A stretch of 37,706 nt of DNA from Octopus bimaculoides (GCF_001194135.2 NC_068983.1:70561030-70598735); one strand, 5' to 3'. Positions 11,605-24,499 are shown, counted from the first letter of the stretch. Numbers and translations are program-made. Notes: generated by a model from the letters alone, not told the origin.

Positions 11605-11975
11605 GAAAGTGCCAGATAATTGACTTTACAGTCCCAAATGATGAAAAAAATCAATATGAGAGATATAGAAAAAGTAGCAAAGTACCAGGACCTAGCCATT
11701 GAATTACAGAGACTATGGAAAATGCGAGTAAAATGTATTTCAGTAGTTATAGGTGCCTTGAGAACTATCCCTAAAGATGTGAACAGATGGATAGAAGAAA
11801 TAGGCATAAAACCCAGTTTAGTGCGGCTCCAGAAAACAGTGTTATTAGGAACAGCTAGGATACTTAGGAGGGTTCTTGACAACTAAGGTTACTTGTTGTA
11901 GCCCGATGTTAGGATTTTTTTTTTCCCATCTGTTATGTGTATATGAAAATAATGATAGCAACAACAGTAATAATA

Positions 11976-12034
<59 letters not shown>

Positions 12035-12036
12035 GA

Positions 12037-12121
<85 letters not shown>
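11601..12121 (+). mobile_element. R4/Dong-type non-LTR retrotransposon, 5'-truncated: restriction-like endonuclease C-terminus, 3' UTR and (TAA)n/(CTA)n tail (copy B)
   Basis: NRKCQIIDFTVPND(fs)INMRDIEKVAKYQDLAIELQRLW...VVIGAL...LQKTVLLGTARILRRVLDN*, which contains the REL D-x-x-x-P...EK-x-x-KY signature. Confidence 0.88.
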
Positions 12122-12135
12122 CGTTTCTGGTAAAT

Positions 12136-12333
12136 GCACAAGGCCTGAAATTCTGGGAGAGGGTATTAGTCGATTACATCGATCCCAGTGTTCAAATGGG
12201 ACTTATTTTACAGACCCTGAAAAAATGAAAGGCAAAGCTGATCTCTGTGGAATTTGAGCTCAGAACTTAAAGACGGACGAAATGCCGGTGAGCATTTTGT
12301 TCGGTGTCGTTACGATTCTGCCAGTTCGCCACC
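12136..12333 (-). mobile_element. SINE family A
   Basis: Reverse-complement match to 14443-14640 over the full length. Confidence 0.85.
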
Positions 12334-12399
12334 TTAAGAACAACAACAACAACAACAACAGCAGCAACAGCAACCACAACAACAACAACAACAACAGGG

Positions 12400-12965
12400 T
12401 TTTTCTGTCTTCAAGGAAGCCAACGAATACAAAGCAGAGCCTGAATGACAGATATTTATGACGGGAAAAGAAAAGCACGAGAAACCGTGAAAAGGTTAAA
12501 TTCTAAGCTAAAAATGTATCTGTATAGAATATTCTGATAAATCGGTGACAAGAAAAGCTATTACACACCCAATATCTCAAAAAAGTTAAATAGGGTGGAT
12601 ATAGACAAAGGAACTCACTACTTGGCTGCGGAATTGCAGGGCTCAAAGCTAAGACTGAAAGCTTCTTCATTGCATAGCGAGATCGGAACCTCTCCCACCA
12701 GAGACATCCTAAAGTATGTAATGAAACGGAATGCAGTAATAGCTACAGAATACAAGGGTACGTGGAAGAAACAATGAACTGCAATATTTGTTTATTCGGT
12801 TTTAGCCGATAAAAACAAAACAATATTCCTCTAGGCATGACAGAGCTGGGGGTCAAACACACACACTAGGAATTATACCTGCATTATGAAATACCAAAAG
12901 AAAAGAGATAGTAAGGGTACACCAACATTAAAACAACACAGAAACAATATTAAGATCCTAAATGT
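12400..12965 (+). mobile_element. R4/Dong-type remnant, post-RT/zinc-knuckle region (copy C)
   Basis: Degenerate translation SVFKEANEYK...QEKLLHTQY...VDIDKGTH...GLKAKTESFFIA*RDRNL...EETM...RHDRAG...H*ELYLHYEIPKEK. Not captured by the ORF track. Confidence 0.75.
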
Positions 12966-12994
12966 TGAGGATGGCAACGTTGATCAAAACACGA

Positions 12995-13053
12995 ACAACA
13001 ACCAGCACCATCATCATCACCACCACCAACACAACCACCACCATCACCACCAT

Positions 13054-13085
<32 letters not shown>

Positions 13086-13422
13086 TCAATAACATAATTC
13101 ACTTTCACCTCATCAATATCATTTTCTTTATTATATTTACAACCAACATGGCTACTTCCACCACAACTATCATCATCATCATCATCATCACCATCACCAT
13201 CACCATCACCATCATCATCATCATGATCATCATCACCATCACCATCACCATCACCATCATCATCATGATGATCATGATGATGATGATCATCATCATCATG
13301 ATCATCATCATCATGATCAGCACAATCACCATCACCATCATCATCATCATCACCATCACCATCACCATCACCATCCTCCTCCTCCTCCTCCTCCTCCTCA
13401 TCATCATCACCACCACCATCAT

Positions 13423-13497
<75 letters not shown>

Positions 13498-13500
13498 AAA
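12995..13500. repeat. ~500-bp compound trinucleotide tract (CAT/CAC/GAT/CCT/CAG)
   Basis: Direct reading; explains the homopolymer-rich ORFs at 12886-13600. Confidence 0.95.
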
Positions 13501-13707
13501 CAATAAGGATAAAATCAACGAGAAAAAAACAATAACAACAACAGCAACAAATCAAAACAACGGCCTCAATATTATGGCTTTCCTTTTCCTTCGATCCTGA
13601 TAAAATAGTTACGATGACAAGATACAGCTCAGTGGTTTAGGCGACTAACATATTGTATAATTGATGTTGTCTTTATTGGCTTATTTTGCCAGGTCTCCGA
13701 TAGCACT

Positions 13708-13738
<31 letters not shown>

Positions 13739-14442
13739 GCAGCAGCAGCAGCAGCAACACTAATAACAACAATATTAATAACTGAACTGAATAACAGAGA
13801 ATTGACCACGGTTCACTAAAAATAGAGACGCGGAAACGTAGGTCTCTGAAATAAACTAAAATGATTTCAATAACATCAACAAATTCCAAGATCAAATAAA
13901 TAAATAAATAAATAAATAAATACATAAATAAATAAATACATAAATAAATAAATCAAGAGAAAGAAAGAAAACCCAAAAACTTTGCTGTAAGGAATCGGTA
14001 AATACAATTCATAGATATAATCTCTCATACATATTAGCACAGAGAAAATATATTATTTAAATAACAGAACGAACAAATAAGCAACGACATAGGAAACAAG
14101 ACGAACCAACTTGAAGCCAACGTTATTGATAAAAAGCAAACAGAAAAAAAAAACAACAAAAGACAGATTAACTATGTTTTGTTTATAAATCAAACTGCCA
14201 CAAATATCTGTCGGGCCATCATGGAAGACATTTATCGTGGCGAGAGTTTAATTCACGCTTGGTACGAAAGTAACACATTAATTTGTACGTGGTTCAGAAG
14301 CAATGTTCTCTGAGAAAAATTAACTCTCAACAAAAAGTTTGCCTCACACTGATAGCAACCGCTAAAATATATAAAATTAAAGAAGAACGATAAACTAATA
14401 AACAATGCGTAGACGTTTTACATTATTCTTACACATCAGTTA

Positions 14443-14640
14443 GGCGGCGAGCTAGCAGAATCGTTACCACGATTAGCAAAATGCTTAGCGGTATTTCTTA
14501 AAGCATTAGCTTCTGAGTTTAAATTTTACCGAGATTGGCTTTGCTTTACATCTTTGCGGAGTCGATGAAGTAAGTACCAGTTGAGCACTGAGGGCGATGT
14601 AATCGACTAGCTCTCCTCTCCCCTAAATTTCAGGCCTTGT
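14443..14640 (+). mobile_element. tRNA-headed SINE, family A (~200 bp)
   Basis: GGCGGCGAGCTAGCAGAATCGTTA head, B-box-like GAGTTTAAATT, central CATCTTTGCGGAGTCGAT...AAGTACCAG; at least 9 other copies in the window. Confidence 0.85.
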
Positions 14641-14647
14641 ATATATA

Positions 14648-15066
14648 GGCGCAGGAGTGGCTGTGTGGTAAGTAGCTTGCTTACCAACCACATGGTTCTG
14701 GGTTCATTCCCACTGCGTGGCACCTTGGGCAAGTGTCTTCTACTATAGTCTCGGGCCGACCAAAGCCTTGTGAGTGGATTTGGTAGACGGAAAACTGAAA
14801 GACGCCCGTCGTATATATTTATATATATATTTATATATGTGTGTGTATATGTTTGTGTGTCTGTTTTTCCCCCCAACATCGCTTGACAACCGATGCTGGT
14901 GTGTTTACGTCCGCGTAACCTAGCGGTTCGGTAAAGGAGACCGATAGAATAAGTACTAGGCTTCCAAAGAATAAGTCCTGGGGTCGATTTGCTCGAGTAA
15001 AGGCGGTGCTCCAGCATGGCCGCAGTCAAATGACTGAAACAAGTAAAAGAGTAGAAGAGTAAGAAT
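14648..15066 (+). mobile_element. tRNA-headed SINE, family B (near full length, internal TA/TG microsatellite)
   Basis: Head has A-box-like TGGCTGTGTGG and B-box-like GGGTTCATTCC, followed by a CORE-like CACCTTGGGCAAGTG segment. The tail GTCAAATGACTGAAACAAGTAAAAGA recurs elsewhere in the window. Confidence 0.85.
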
Positions 15067-15084
15067 ATAGTACATAGAATTTGG

Positions 15085-15258
15085 GGTTTCAAATTTTTAG
15101 AAGGAAGTCAGCAGTTTCGGACAAGTGGGTAAGTCGGTTACATCGACGCCAGTGAATTTATCGACCCAGAACGGAAGGAAAGTAATGTCGACCTCGATGG
15201 AATTCGAACTCAGAACGTAAAGACGGACGAAATGCTGCTAAACATTCTGCAAGCTCGC
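15085..15258 (-). mobile_element. SINE family A (internal deletions)
   Basis: GTCGACCTCGATGGAATTCGAACTCAGAACGTAAAGACGGACGAAATGC. Confidence 0.75.
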
Positions 15259-15399
15259 TATAAATTACTTTAAAACAAATGAATGAGTTATGAGTTTTGG
15301 GAATAAAAGACCAAAAAGTAAAATATACAAAGGTACGATTAAAGAATATTAGGAGATTTGTAACGTCTGTAACAAAATCACCAACATATAACATCTAGA

Positions 15400-18344
15400 A
15401 AATATACATACGGAAACTAGAACAAAGCACAACCACAACACTCAGAGTAGATAAACTAATACAAACCAATGGAAATATATCAGTATGGAATCCATCATAT
15501 ACGAAATACCAAAATTACAAACGGCACAAGAGAAACAACTATACAAAAAAGAATTGATCCCTCTAAATTCATTGAAAATACATTTCTGTACATCCGCTGG
15601 CATGTTTGTATTCGTTTTTGTTTTTACTCTACAGAATTCATCGTATGTGAATCAAGTAAACCATTGGAGCTGAATAAAAACATACAAAAAAAGAAGCGCA
15701 AAGGAAAACGAACTAAAATTTAATATAATGTTGAAGATCATAGAAATCCTTGATGGAAATTTTCAACCAAGTACACAACCACAACAAACATATACCCTCG
15801 ACGACCACATTTAACAAACAATAAAATCACACATCACAACAGATCAAACAATTTTTACATGGCAGATTTTACGGGAAGAATAAAGGCAACAGGAAAGAAA
15901 GATGGATCAATAGAAACTCCTACTCAAGCTTCATACGAACGAGCCATTCCATGAAAGAATTAACAGAGCTCAGCAAAAAATTCTGTCCACTAAAACAAAC
16001 TACAAGAAGAGACTGAATAATTTGACCTATTTATTAGTAGTAATAGTATCGAAGGAAGATAGTCTTTGTCTTAATAGTGTTCCTCCTCAACCAAACCTGA
16101 GAAAAAAATTGACAGAAAATATACTATATAAAACTGAAAAAGGTAAAGATTATTTATTTACTTTGCGAAATCAACAAGAAAGGTTCAAAAATTTTTTTTT
16201 AAATATTATTAAAAGAAGAAGACTTTTTTAGAGTAAGTAAATCATAACCAATTGTTATCAGCAAAAGCTCGCAGGAGAAAACAATTCGAAAAACATGGCG
16301 GTTCTTTTAGCTAAATATTTAAATGTTTCTATTTATGAAGCCATTAAAAAAGTGAAAGGTATTTAGATACAAATGGTTTTACAATACATATTATAAAAAT
16401 ATAAATATTTATATATAAAAAAATATGTACCTCTATATATAAACAAAAATATTTATATAATATAAATATAATATAAAAATTTGTAAGATAAATATAAAGT
16501 AAAGAAAATTATAATGCAGGATGATATGCCAATATTAACGGAAGTTCATCAAATATGTTGCAATGAATATGTCACCAAATATTCAACAAACTCAAACAAC
16601 ACAGTGGATCAAAAAGGAAAAGCATAAAGAAAATGCTGTAACACCTTAAATACACCATAAATTGCAATGAATTAACACTTTAAAACCGAAAGTCAAATGG
16701 GAAGTCCCTGGAAATGAATGTGTATCCAGAGTTTTTCGCAGTAGATTTAATTAAGTGGGGAGCGGATCAGACTTTCAGCATCTAAATGAAGAGGAAAACA
16801 ACAACAACAACAAGAGAAAAACTACGAAAATACCCCTGAAGAACAGGCCTACAGTGTGCTTACTAACACCTTACAAAGCTCGTAAAACTGGCAAATAGGC
16901 TTTTTGCTCACTTGGAAAGCAATAACATTTTACTAGAGAAGCAGAAATGGTGCTGGAAAGGGATTTATGATTAAAAGGAGATGCTACAGATGAGCTTTTA
17001 TAAAAGACAGCAAAACAAGGAAAACAAATGTTAACTTCTAGGATTGTTTTCCGAAAATCGTTTGACATTGTTCTACATTCTTGGATCGTGGAAACATTCC
17101 ATATAAATTAAGCATCTCCGCTACTAATAAAACACATCAAGTATATCATCTCAAAATGGAAAACAATTATATTACTACACAACAAAGGGATGATTAGCAC
17201 CAACTGTATATCTAAAGATGTTGGAAGTGGGGCTTCAAGGGATCTCGTAAGCCATTCTATTCTTTTGCTTGTCTGGACCACGTTACCAAATCTATTGAAT
17301 GAGAACCACTAATAGTTATTCGCGCAAATTATTAATCACATCCTCTAAATGAATGACTTGAAGATTCTATGGGACCAACGAAGTGTGCGAAAGCTATTAT
17401 AGGACGAGGGAAATTAACTAAAACTGTAAACATCAAATTAGATTCACATACTGAAATCAGAAAATTAGAGCAGAATCACAACAGATATGAAAGTTAGATA
17501 CGAGTACTACAGTGGGGTCAGACTAATATTGGTTTCAAATGTTTGGTACAAGGCCAGAAAGTTTGAGGGTGGGGTTAAGTCAGTTAAATCGACTCCAGAG
17601 ATCAACTGGTACTTATTTTATCGAGCCCGAAAGGGTGAAAGGCAAAGTCGACCTTGGTGGAATTTGAACCTAGAACGTAAAGGAGAACGAAATGCTGCTA
17701 AGCATTTTACCCGGCGTGATAACAATTCTGCCAGATCACCGCCTTAAGGGTAAAACTAACATTTACAAAAGTGAAATGAATACTAGAAATAAGATAATAT
17801 ACAATAACCGTGCCAGAAACAACTGTTACAAGAGGTGAATTGAAGAGTTAAGACAGGAAAGAACTTCGAAACTCCTATAGGCGTTCTGAGGTCACTATCT
17901 TAAAACTTATATAACTGGAAAAGCCTATCTACATCAGCTTTAAGATGATAGGTCTTGATATATACAGAGAATTGCAATTACAAAATATCTGCAATGGAAA
18001 TAGAAAAATAAAGAGAAACTGATTAGTGTTATAAGGGAATATATAAAGAAAACAAAAACGTTCTCTATAACGAAACAATAAAATATAGACTACACAGAAG
18101 ATAAGATTTAACTTAGGACAAAAGGTTTTATAAAAATCTAAGACAAAAGAAAACCAGAAATTCTAAATATACTAATGCAAGAAAGAAAAAAAGAAAACGG
18201 AGAGAAAAGTACTACATGGCTAATAACTTGCAGGACTCGATAGAGAAGAAATAAGCCAGTGTGAAAGCCAACAAAGGATCAAAAGCTTTGGCCTAAAAAT
18301 AACTACGAAAGAGCTGATTTTACTTTCGTAGGATCAATGCCTAA

Positions 18345-18346
<2 letters not shown>
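15400..18346 (+). mobile_element. R4/Dong-type remnant with reverse transcriptase domain (copy D), interrupted by a SINE
   Basis: LSAKARRRKQFEK (16255), KWEVPG, NRPTVCL, HLESNNILLEKQK, RKSFDIVLHSWI, GLQG, INHIL*MNDLK (decayed YMDD, 17346-57), KCAK, KSEMNTRNKI, GLK...DQCLT. Well supported from 16255; the 5' limit is uncertain. Confidence 0.82.
17531..17743 (-). mobile_element. SINE family A inserted into R4/Dong copy D
   Basis: Full-length match; RT-related translation continues on both sides. Confidence 0.85.
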
Positions 18347-18395
<49 letters not shown>

Positions 18396-18748
18396 CATCT
18401 GCAAACACGAACACATACATACACGTACACTCTCGCGCGCACTTACATTGATACATACAAATAGGCATGCATACATAGAGAAAGGAAAAAAAAAATTAAA
18501 GACTGACCGAAGGAGAAACCAAAAGCGACTTTGTTGTCATTCTTAATCACGTCTGTTATTTCTAGCAGGTCAAGTGCCAACGAATTTCAAAATACCTCTT
18601 TCTTCCCACTAACATTCATTTTACAACATTCTATAATCATTTCCATCACTTTAGCACTAACGCCTGCCTTTCTCTACATGTGTGTATATGTATGTATCTT
18701 TCTGTCTCTCTATCTCTCTCTTTATCTCTTTTTCTTTCTTTTTCTGTT

Positions 18749-18786
<38 letters not shown>

Positions 18787-19397
18787 GATATATATGTATA
18801 TCTGTTTGTATATATGTGCGTGTGTATATGTATATATACTCGTAGGTAGACACATACGTATTCGAGCACATAGTAAATATACTGTAATGTGAATTTCAAC
18901 CGTTATGGACGCAACCTGCCTCTAAAAATGCGTGCTCTGCATAGTTATTCCACGTGTTAGAAAATAGCCATATTTTCCTCAGATTACAAAGGATGATTTG
19001 AGAATATAACCCTGAATGTGCTATATCTGAAAGAGAGGCAACAAATTATCAGTAGAACGTCTTCGACGATAGATTTTCTCTACTAAGACTGTCCTCAGGC
19101 AGAAAAAGCAGCAATGTACTATGTTTCGAATTCAGGTTGCCTTGACTACAACTCGACAGTATTCTGTTTCATGCAATATATAGAAAATGTATATGGTGAA
19201 AAAATCTATTTAAATTAGGTTCCATAAAGGTCTTGAGACAGCACTTGGCTTAGTACTTTCGTTAAGTGAGTTCAGTTTCGGTTCGAAATGTTATAAAGTT
19301 GCTCTTTCAGCATCGGCGACAGGAAATTCTTCTCTAAAACATCTGTGCACAAATTCTAATAAGTTATTAATCACTAGGAAAAGGAATCTTTGAACTA

Positions 19398-19902
19398 CCG
19401 TATATACTCGGCTATTAAGTCAGACTTTTTTTGCCTGAAATTTTCATCTAAAGTTGAGGGTGTGACTTATAAGCGTATCCTATAAAAAAAAAATCTTCAG
19501 ATATTTTCTAGGTACAAGCCACGTCAGAAGTTCCGACATATGGAATAATCGAAAAAACGGAATCTCTAATTCTGAAGCCGAGGAGTACACGGAAGACGAT
19601 CTTTAGAAATTTCTTTATATATTCCTTTACTTCTTTTAGTATGAAATAAACAATTAATTTTAAAAAAGTGAGTTTGATATTTGTTTGTTTTTGTACTGTA
19701 TCTACCTTTCTTTAATTCGACGCCGTGTTATTTGTTAACATGAAAAGAAAGAGGAATTCGTACGATATCACTTTCAAGCTGAAAGTTGTTGAATACGCGA
19801 AGTCGCATTCGAATCGAGCTGCAAAAAAGTCGCTGCGATTTATAATCGGGTCAATGATAAAATTCCCGATTTGAACCTGATAAATCGGGGGTGCGTTTTC
19901 GG
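19398..19902 (+). mobile_element. Non-autonomous pogo-family DNA transposon with a Brinker-type DNA-binding stub
   Basis: TA|CCGTATATACTCG left end and degenerate right end ...GGGGTGCGTTTTCGG. The stub ORF 19740-19874 (MKRKRNSYDITFKLKVVEYAKSHSNRAA) resembles the pogo N-terminal BrkDBD. Confidence 0.65.
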
Positions 19903-20094
19903 TCACGTTTGAACTTATTGAGTTTCAGCACACTGCTGTCTTATAACACAACAAATTACAAAGTTTACCATTTCCGTTAATGTTTCATAACTTTATCCGA
20001 CGATGAAGTCTTTACGTAGTAGCTTAGCCTGCTAGAAATAGCTGCCAAATTTCTTGCAAATCAAATTCAACAGTATAAAAAGGTAACAAATTAA

Positions 20095-20215
20095 TGGAAT
20101 CGTTAGAACGTCAGACAGAATACTTCACGGTATTTGTATCATCTCTTTGCGTTCTGAATTAAAATATCACGAAGGTCAACTTTGCCTTTCGTCCTTTCGG
20201 GTCGGATAAAAAGGA
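20095..20215 (+). mobile_element. SINE family A fragment
   Basis: GAATCGTTAGAACG...GGTCAACTTTGCCTTTCGTCCTTTCGGGTCGGATAAA. Confidence 0.6.
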
Positions 20216-21399
20216 GCCGATTTAAGTCATTGGATTGCTGAGACTGTAAGACTGTCGAACCGGATACATAGCGATATTCGTTCCGGCTCTTCGCGTTCTA
20301 AGTTCAGATCCCATAGTCTTCTTGGGTGATACACTTAATCCGTCACCTGATTTAATTCCATCAACTGATACCTTAGGTATCTTTCGCGGTGTCCATTCTG
20401 TTGCGAGGACTCCGGCAATGTTTCCAGCTTCAAGATAATCTCCTCCCTCCCTCAAACAAGTCCTGGGTCTTGTACTGCCTTCCTTTTTGACAAGCAGATA
20501 AAGAAAAGGATACATTAGTTATATAGTGGTTGATAAAATGACGGATAGCTTATTATCGGGATAACTTGAGTCTAAATAACAACAGCTTTATACTATTCAT
20601 ATCAAGAAGGCATATTTCATTTCATCTGTCTCTAGGGCTAAATGTCATTATAAACAACCACTCTTTAGACCATCTTTTCTAGGTTTTTGCATGTGATAAT
20701 ACTGAAATGTGCCAGGCCACGATTCATTTGAAATGATTAATGCAATACTTGACAATGACTTTTATTTTACGTCCCTGTAAAAAAAAAGAGTAAAATAAGT
20801 GGGGGGAGGAGGTTATGTGTGACTGAGAGAAGATAGACGATTTAAATAGAATAAAACGTCAGTGAGAGAAAGAGAGTGAGTGTGGGTGAGAAAGAATCGA
20901 GTTAAAACAGATATATAAGATTCTTGTGTTTATAAGAATCGAAGTAAATTCCCCAGCGTTACTGAGAAATCATGGAGTAAAAATGTCAGGAGGAAATATA
21001 ACAGAAAGAAGGAAATATGCTTTTGCAACACTAGATTGAGGTTAGCAGACTAAAGAAGCTATTTCCGATCAATGGCTTACAAACGTTTTGAAGCTCAAAT
21101 AAATAATAGCATATAAACAGAACAAAAGAAAAACACAGAAACATATTTTAAAGCTTAGAGAGGCCTTAAATATTTTATAAAGAGGACATGCACAAAATGT
21201 ATCTACATGTATGGACATATTTATGTATAAATACGAAAATGTAAATACGATTTTTATTTAGAAAATATGCTTTTTATTCAGTTTATATGCTTATTTGTCT
21301 GTTTTTATGATACATACATACAATTACACAGACACACACACGATTGTATATATATATACACATACACATGCATACACACACACACACACACATATATAT

Positions 21400-22151
21400 N
21401 NNNNNNNNNNNNNNNNNNNNNNNNNNNNNNNNNNNNNNNNNNNNNNNNNNNNNNNNNNNNNNNNNNNNNNNNNNNNNNNNNNNNNNNNNNNNNNNNNNNN
21501 NNNNNNNNNNNNNNNNNNNNNNNNNNNNNNNNNNNNNNNNNNNNNNNNNNNNNNNNNNNNNNNNNNNNNNNNNNNNNNNNNNNNNNNNNNNNNNNNNNNN
21601 NNNNNNNNNNNNNNNNNNNNNNNNNNNNNNNNNNNNNNNNNNNNNNNNNNNNNNNNNNNNNNNNNNNNNNNNNNNNNNNNNNNNNNNNNNNNNNNNNNNN
21701 NNNNNNNNNNNNNNNNNNNNNNNNNNNNNNNNNNNNNNNNNNNNNNNNNNNNNNNNNNNNNNNNNNNNNNNNNNNNNNNNNNNNNNNNNNNNNNNNNNNN
21801 NNNNNNNNNNNNNNNNNNNNNNNNNNNNNNNNNNNNNNNNNNNNNNNNNNNNNNNNNNNNNNNNNNNNNNNNNNNNNNNNNNNNNNNNNNNNNNNNNNNN
21901 NNNNNNNNNNNNNNNNNNNNNNNNNNNNNNNNNNNNNNNNNNNNNNNNNNNNNNNNNNNNNNNNNNNNNNNNNNNNNNNNNNNNNNNNNNNNNNNNNNNN
22001 NNNNNNNNNNNNNNNNNNNNNNNNNNNNNNNNNNNNNNNNNNNNNNNNNNNNNNNNNNNNNNNNNNNNNNNNNNNNNNNNNNNNNNNNNNNNNNNNNNNN
22101 NNNNNNNNNNNNNNNNNNNNNNNNNNNNNNNNNNNNNNNNNNNNNNNNNNN
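21400..22151. other. Assembly gap
   Basis: N run. Confidence 1.
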
Positions 22152-24499
22152 TATATATATAGATATAGATATAGATATAGATATATATATATATACACAG
22201 ATATTTATGTAGTATATACATACACATACACATATTTTTAGGCCCACATACATTCTGATACGTAAACGCGTATGTGTGTGTGTGCGTGCGTGATTGCCTG
22301 TGTATAGAAAAAATTACGTCCATGATAGAAAAAGGGAAGTACGTAGAAGAGATGGAAGGTTAAAGAAACAAAAAAAAGCACGTAAATAGATCTTCTAACA
22401 ATGAAATATGTGTGTGTGTGTATGTATGTGCATGTACACGTGTGTGTTTGTGTGTACGTACGTGTGTTTGTGTGCTCGCGTGTGTATTTGTTTGTTTGTG
22501 TGTGTGTTCTGTATTCCTATGTACATTTGTTTACAGAAACATACATAAATGCAGATACTGTTAACCTAGCTTGTTTTCTGAAGTATTTACCATTTCAAAT
22601 CTTTAGCTATGTATGCCTGTTTCCCAGACTACCGAGAAACCTAAAACAATCGATAATGTCCAAGAAGAGATTAGAACGTATAATGTCTGAACTGTGTTAC
22701 TTGAATTGTGTCCTTTAATTAAATCTAATAAAAGCATCTTTGTTGTTATTAAAAACTGCAGATACTGAATACAAAGGGATTTTTTTCAGTAGTAAGTTCC
22801 AGTTGCAGAGAGCTTTTATTGTGATTCTTATTTAATTTTTCTTTTTCAAACCAATGGTACAGTGTCACTGGTTCCTTTTATTTGAGATTCAATATTACTC
22901 TCTGGAAGAGAAATGTAGTCGTGTCAGCCGGAATAAAAGTGATTGGCAATGAACTGGCATGTGATAGAATAATATTCATATATCAAAATCAGTTGGTTTG
23001 AGCATGACTCGACATCTTAGATCTGGATCGTGTTGTTTCCCATTCTACACACTTAGAATCTTTGATATCCAGATCAGTTGCTTGATTCATACTGTCTACT
23101 TTTATTTATCATCTGATGCTCTTATACAACCAGCGAATATCTTCATTATATTGGAAATGACCTTCCTTGTTTTTTTCCTTAATACTTCTGACAATACTTT
23201 CAAAAGCTGCGTTACCTTCTATGTTTTATCAATATATGTTTTGCGACATATTATTAAGATAGTAAGTAAATTAATTCGGTTCAGTGTTTTCCCTACCATT
23301 TGCTATAGATTTGATGTCGTCAAAGAAAACCTGGTTTCTTATGATCGTTTATTAACCTGTTATTCAAACTTACTGAAATTATTTATAAAGTTATTATTGT
23401 AAGCTTTGTCTTGACTTTCATAACACCGGTAGAGCAGAGTTTGCGACAAATTTCACAGCAGTAAAAGTATATATTAAAACAACATGAATCAATAAATGCA
23501 TAATACCTAATCGTCAGAAAAAAAACCTAATATTTTACTATTTTCTAACCGAAAGAACAGATGACAAGAAATTAGCTGAGGAAAACAGCTGACTGGAATT
23601 AAATAAATCCATTGTGTAGACACAGCATTTTCAGACTTTGATGACTGAAAAATGTTTCAATACACTGTGAAAGAAGAGATTAGAGGAGATCTTAATCTTT
23701 ATGTTGAGACTTCACAACAGCGACAGACGTTCATGAGAGAAAAACGATAAAAATTGTAAGTATTCTGATTTGTCTGAGAAGATTGTACACGGAAGAAATA
23801 AAAAAAAAAAAATGACAGATTATGTTCACTAATATTTCATAGCAGGCTAGAAACGTTGCTTTACTCTGATGCTAGGGATACGAAGTCATTCATTTATAGA
23901 GCATTACTTTTGAATAATATCGATAAGTTCTCTCGGTTGTTAACAATTAGCCGCCAATAATATTTTCCTATTTTTGGCCATTATTCTTCATCTCAATTGT
24001 ATTTATTAACTATGAATCAAACAATCTTCAGAACAACAACCATTAACTAAATACTGACTTATTGTTAAGTATAAAGTTTTTATTGAAGGTAAGACTGTTT
24101 GACGTTCATGCATTTCTCGAGGATATAAGTCATAGTAGCTATACGAATAACCTGAACATGGAATCGAAACTGTATTGCAGATTTGGATCACTGAGAAATT
24201 AGAGCAGTTATTTTTGCTTATGACAAAGCTTGCTACATACAAAAAGGTAGCACATTGGCATAATCGTCGTCTACCATAGATTCAGATTAACCAATGCTTG
24301 TGAATGGAATTTGACTGACAGAAATTGTGCGTAAGCACATGATTATATGCACACATACATATGTTATGAGATGATTTCATAATTACACGTGCCGTGATTT
24401 TAATGCTCGATGAAAATGGATGCGCAGCTGATAATCTCTGGTAGCCAGCTTGATAAGTCTTCAAATAGATTTCATGCTATCTACTCCTGTTCATTTATT

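Noticed and set aside
12886-13600. Long poly-His/Asp/Ile/Met ORFs (up to 212 aa)
   Set aside because: They are translations of a compound trinucleotide microsatellite in several frames, with no splice or start context and no non-repeat domain.
13822-13848. GAAAC-GTAG-GTC, a stem III and cleavage-site look-alike inside a GAGAC/GTCTC hairpin
   Set aside because: No upstream CUGANGA or stem II.
14443-14720. tRNA-like A/B boxes as real tRNA genes
   Set aside because: No cloverleaf; they are heads of dispersed SINE copies.
20222-20515. 97-aa minus-strand ORF
   Set aside because: Overlaps a decayed SINE head on the opposite strand; no recognisable motif.
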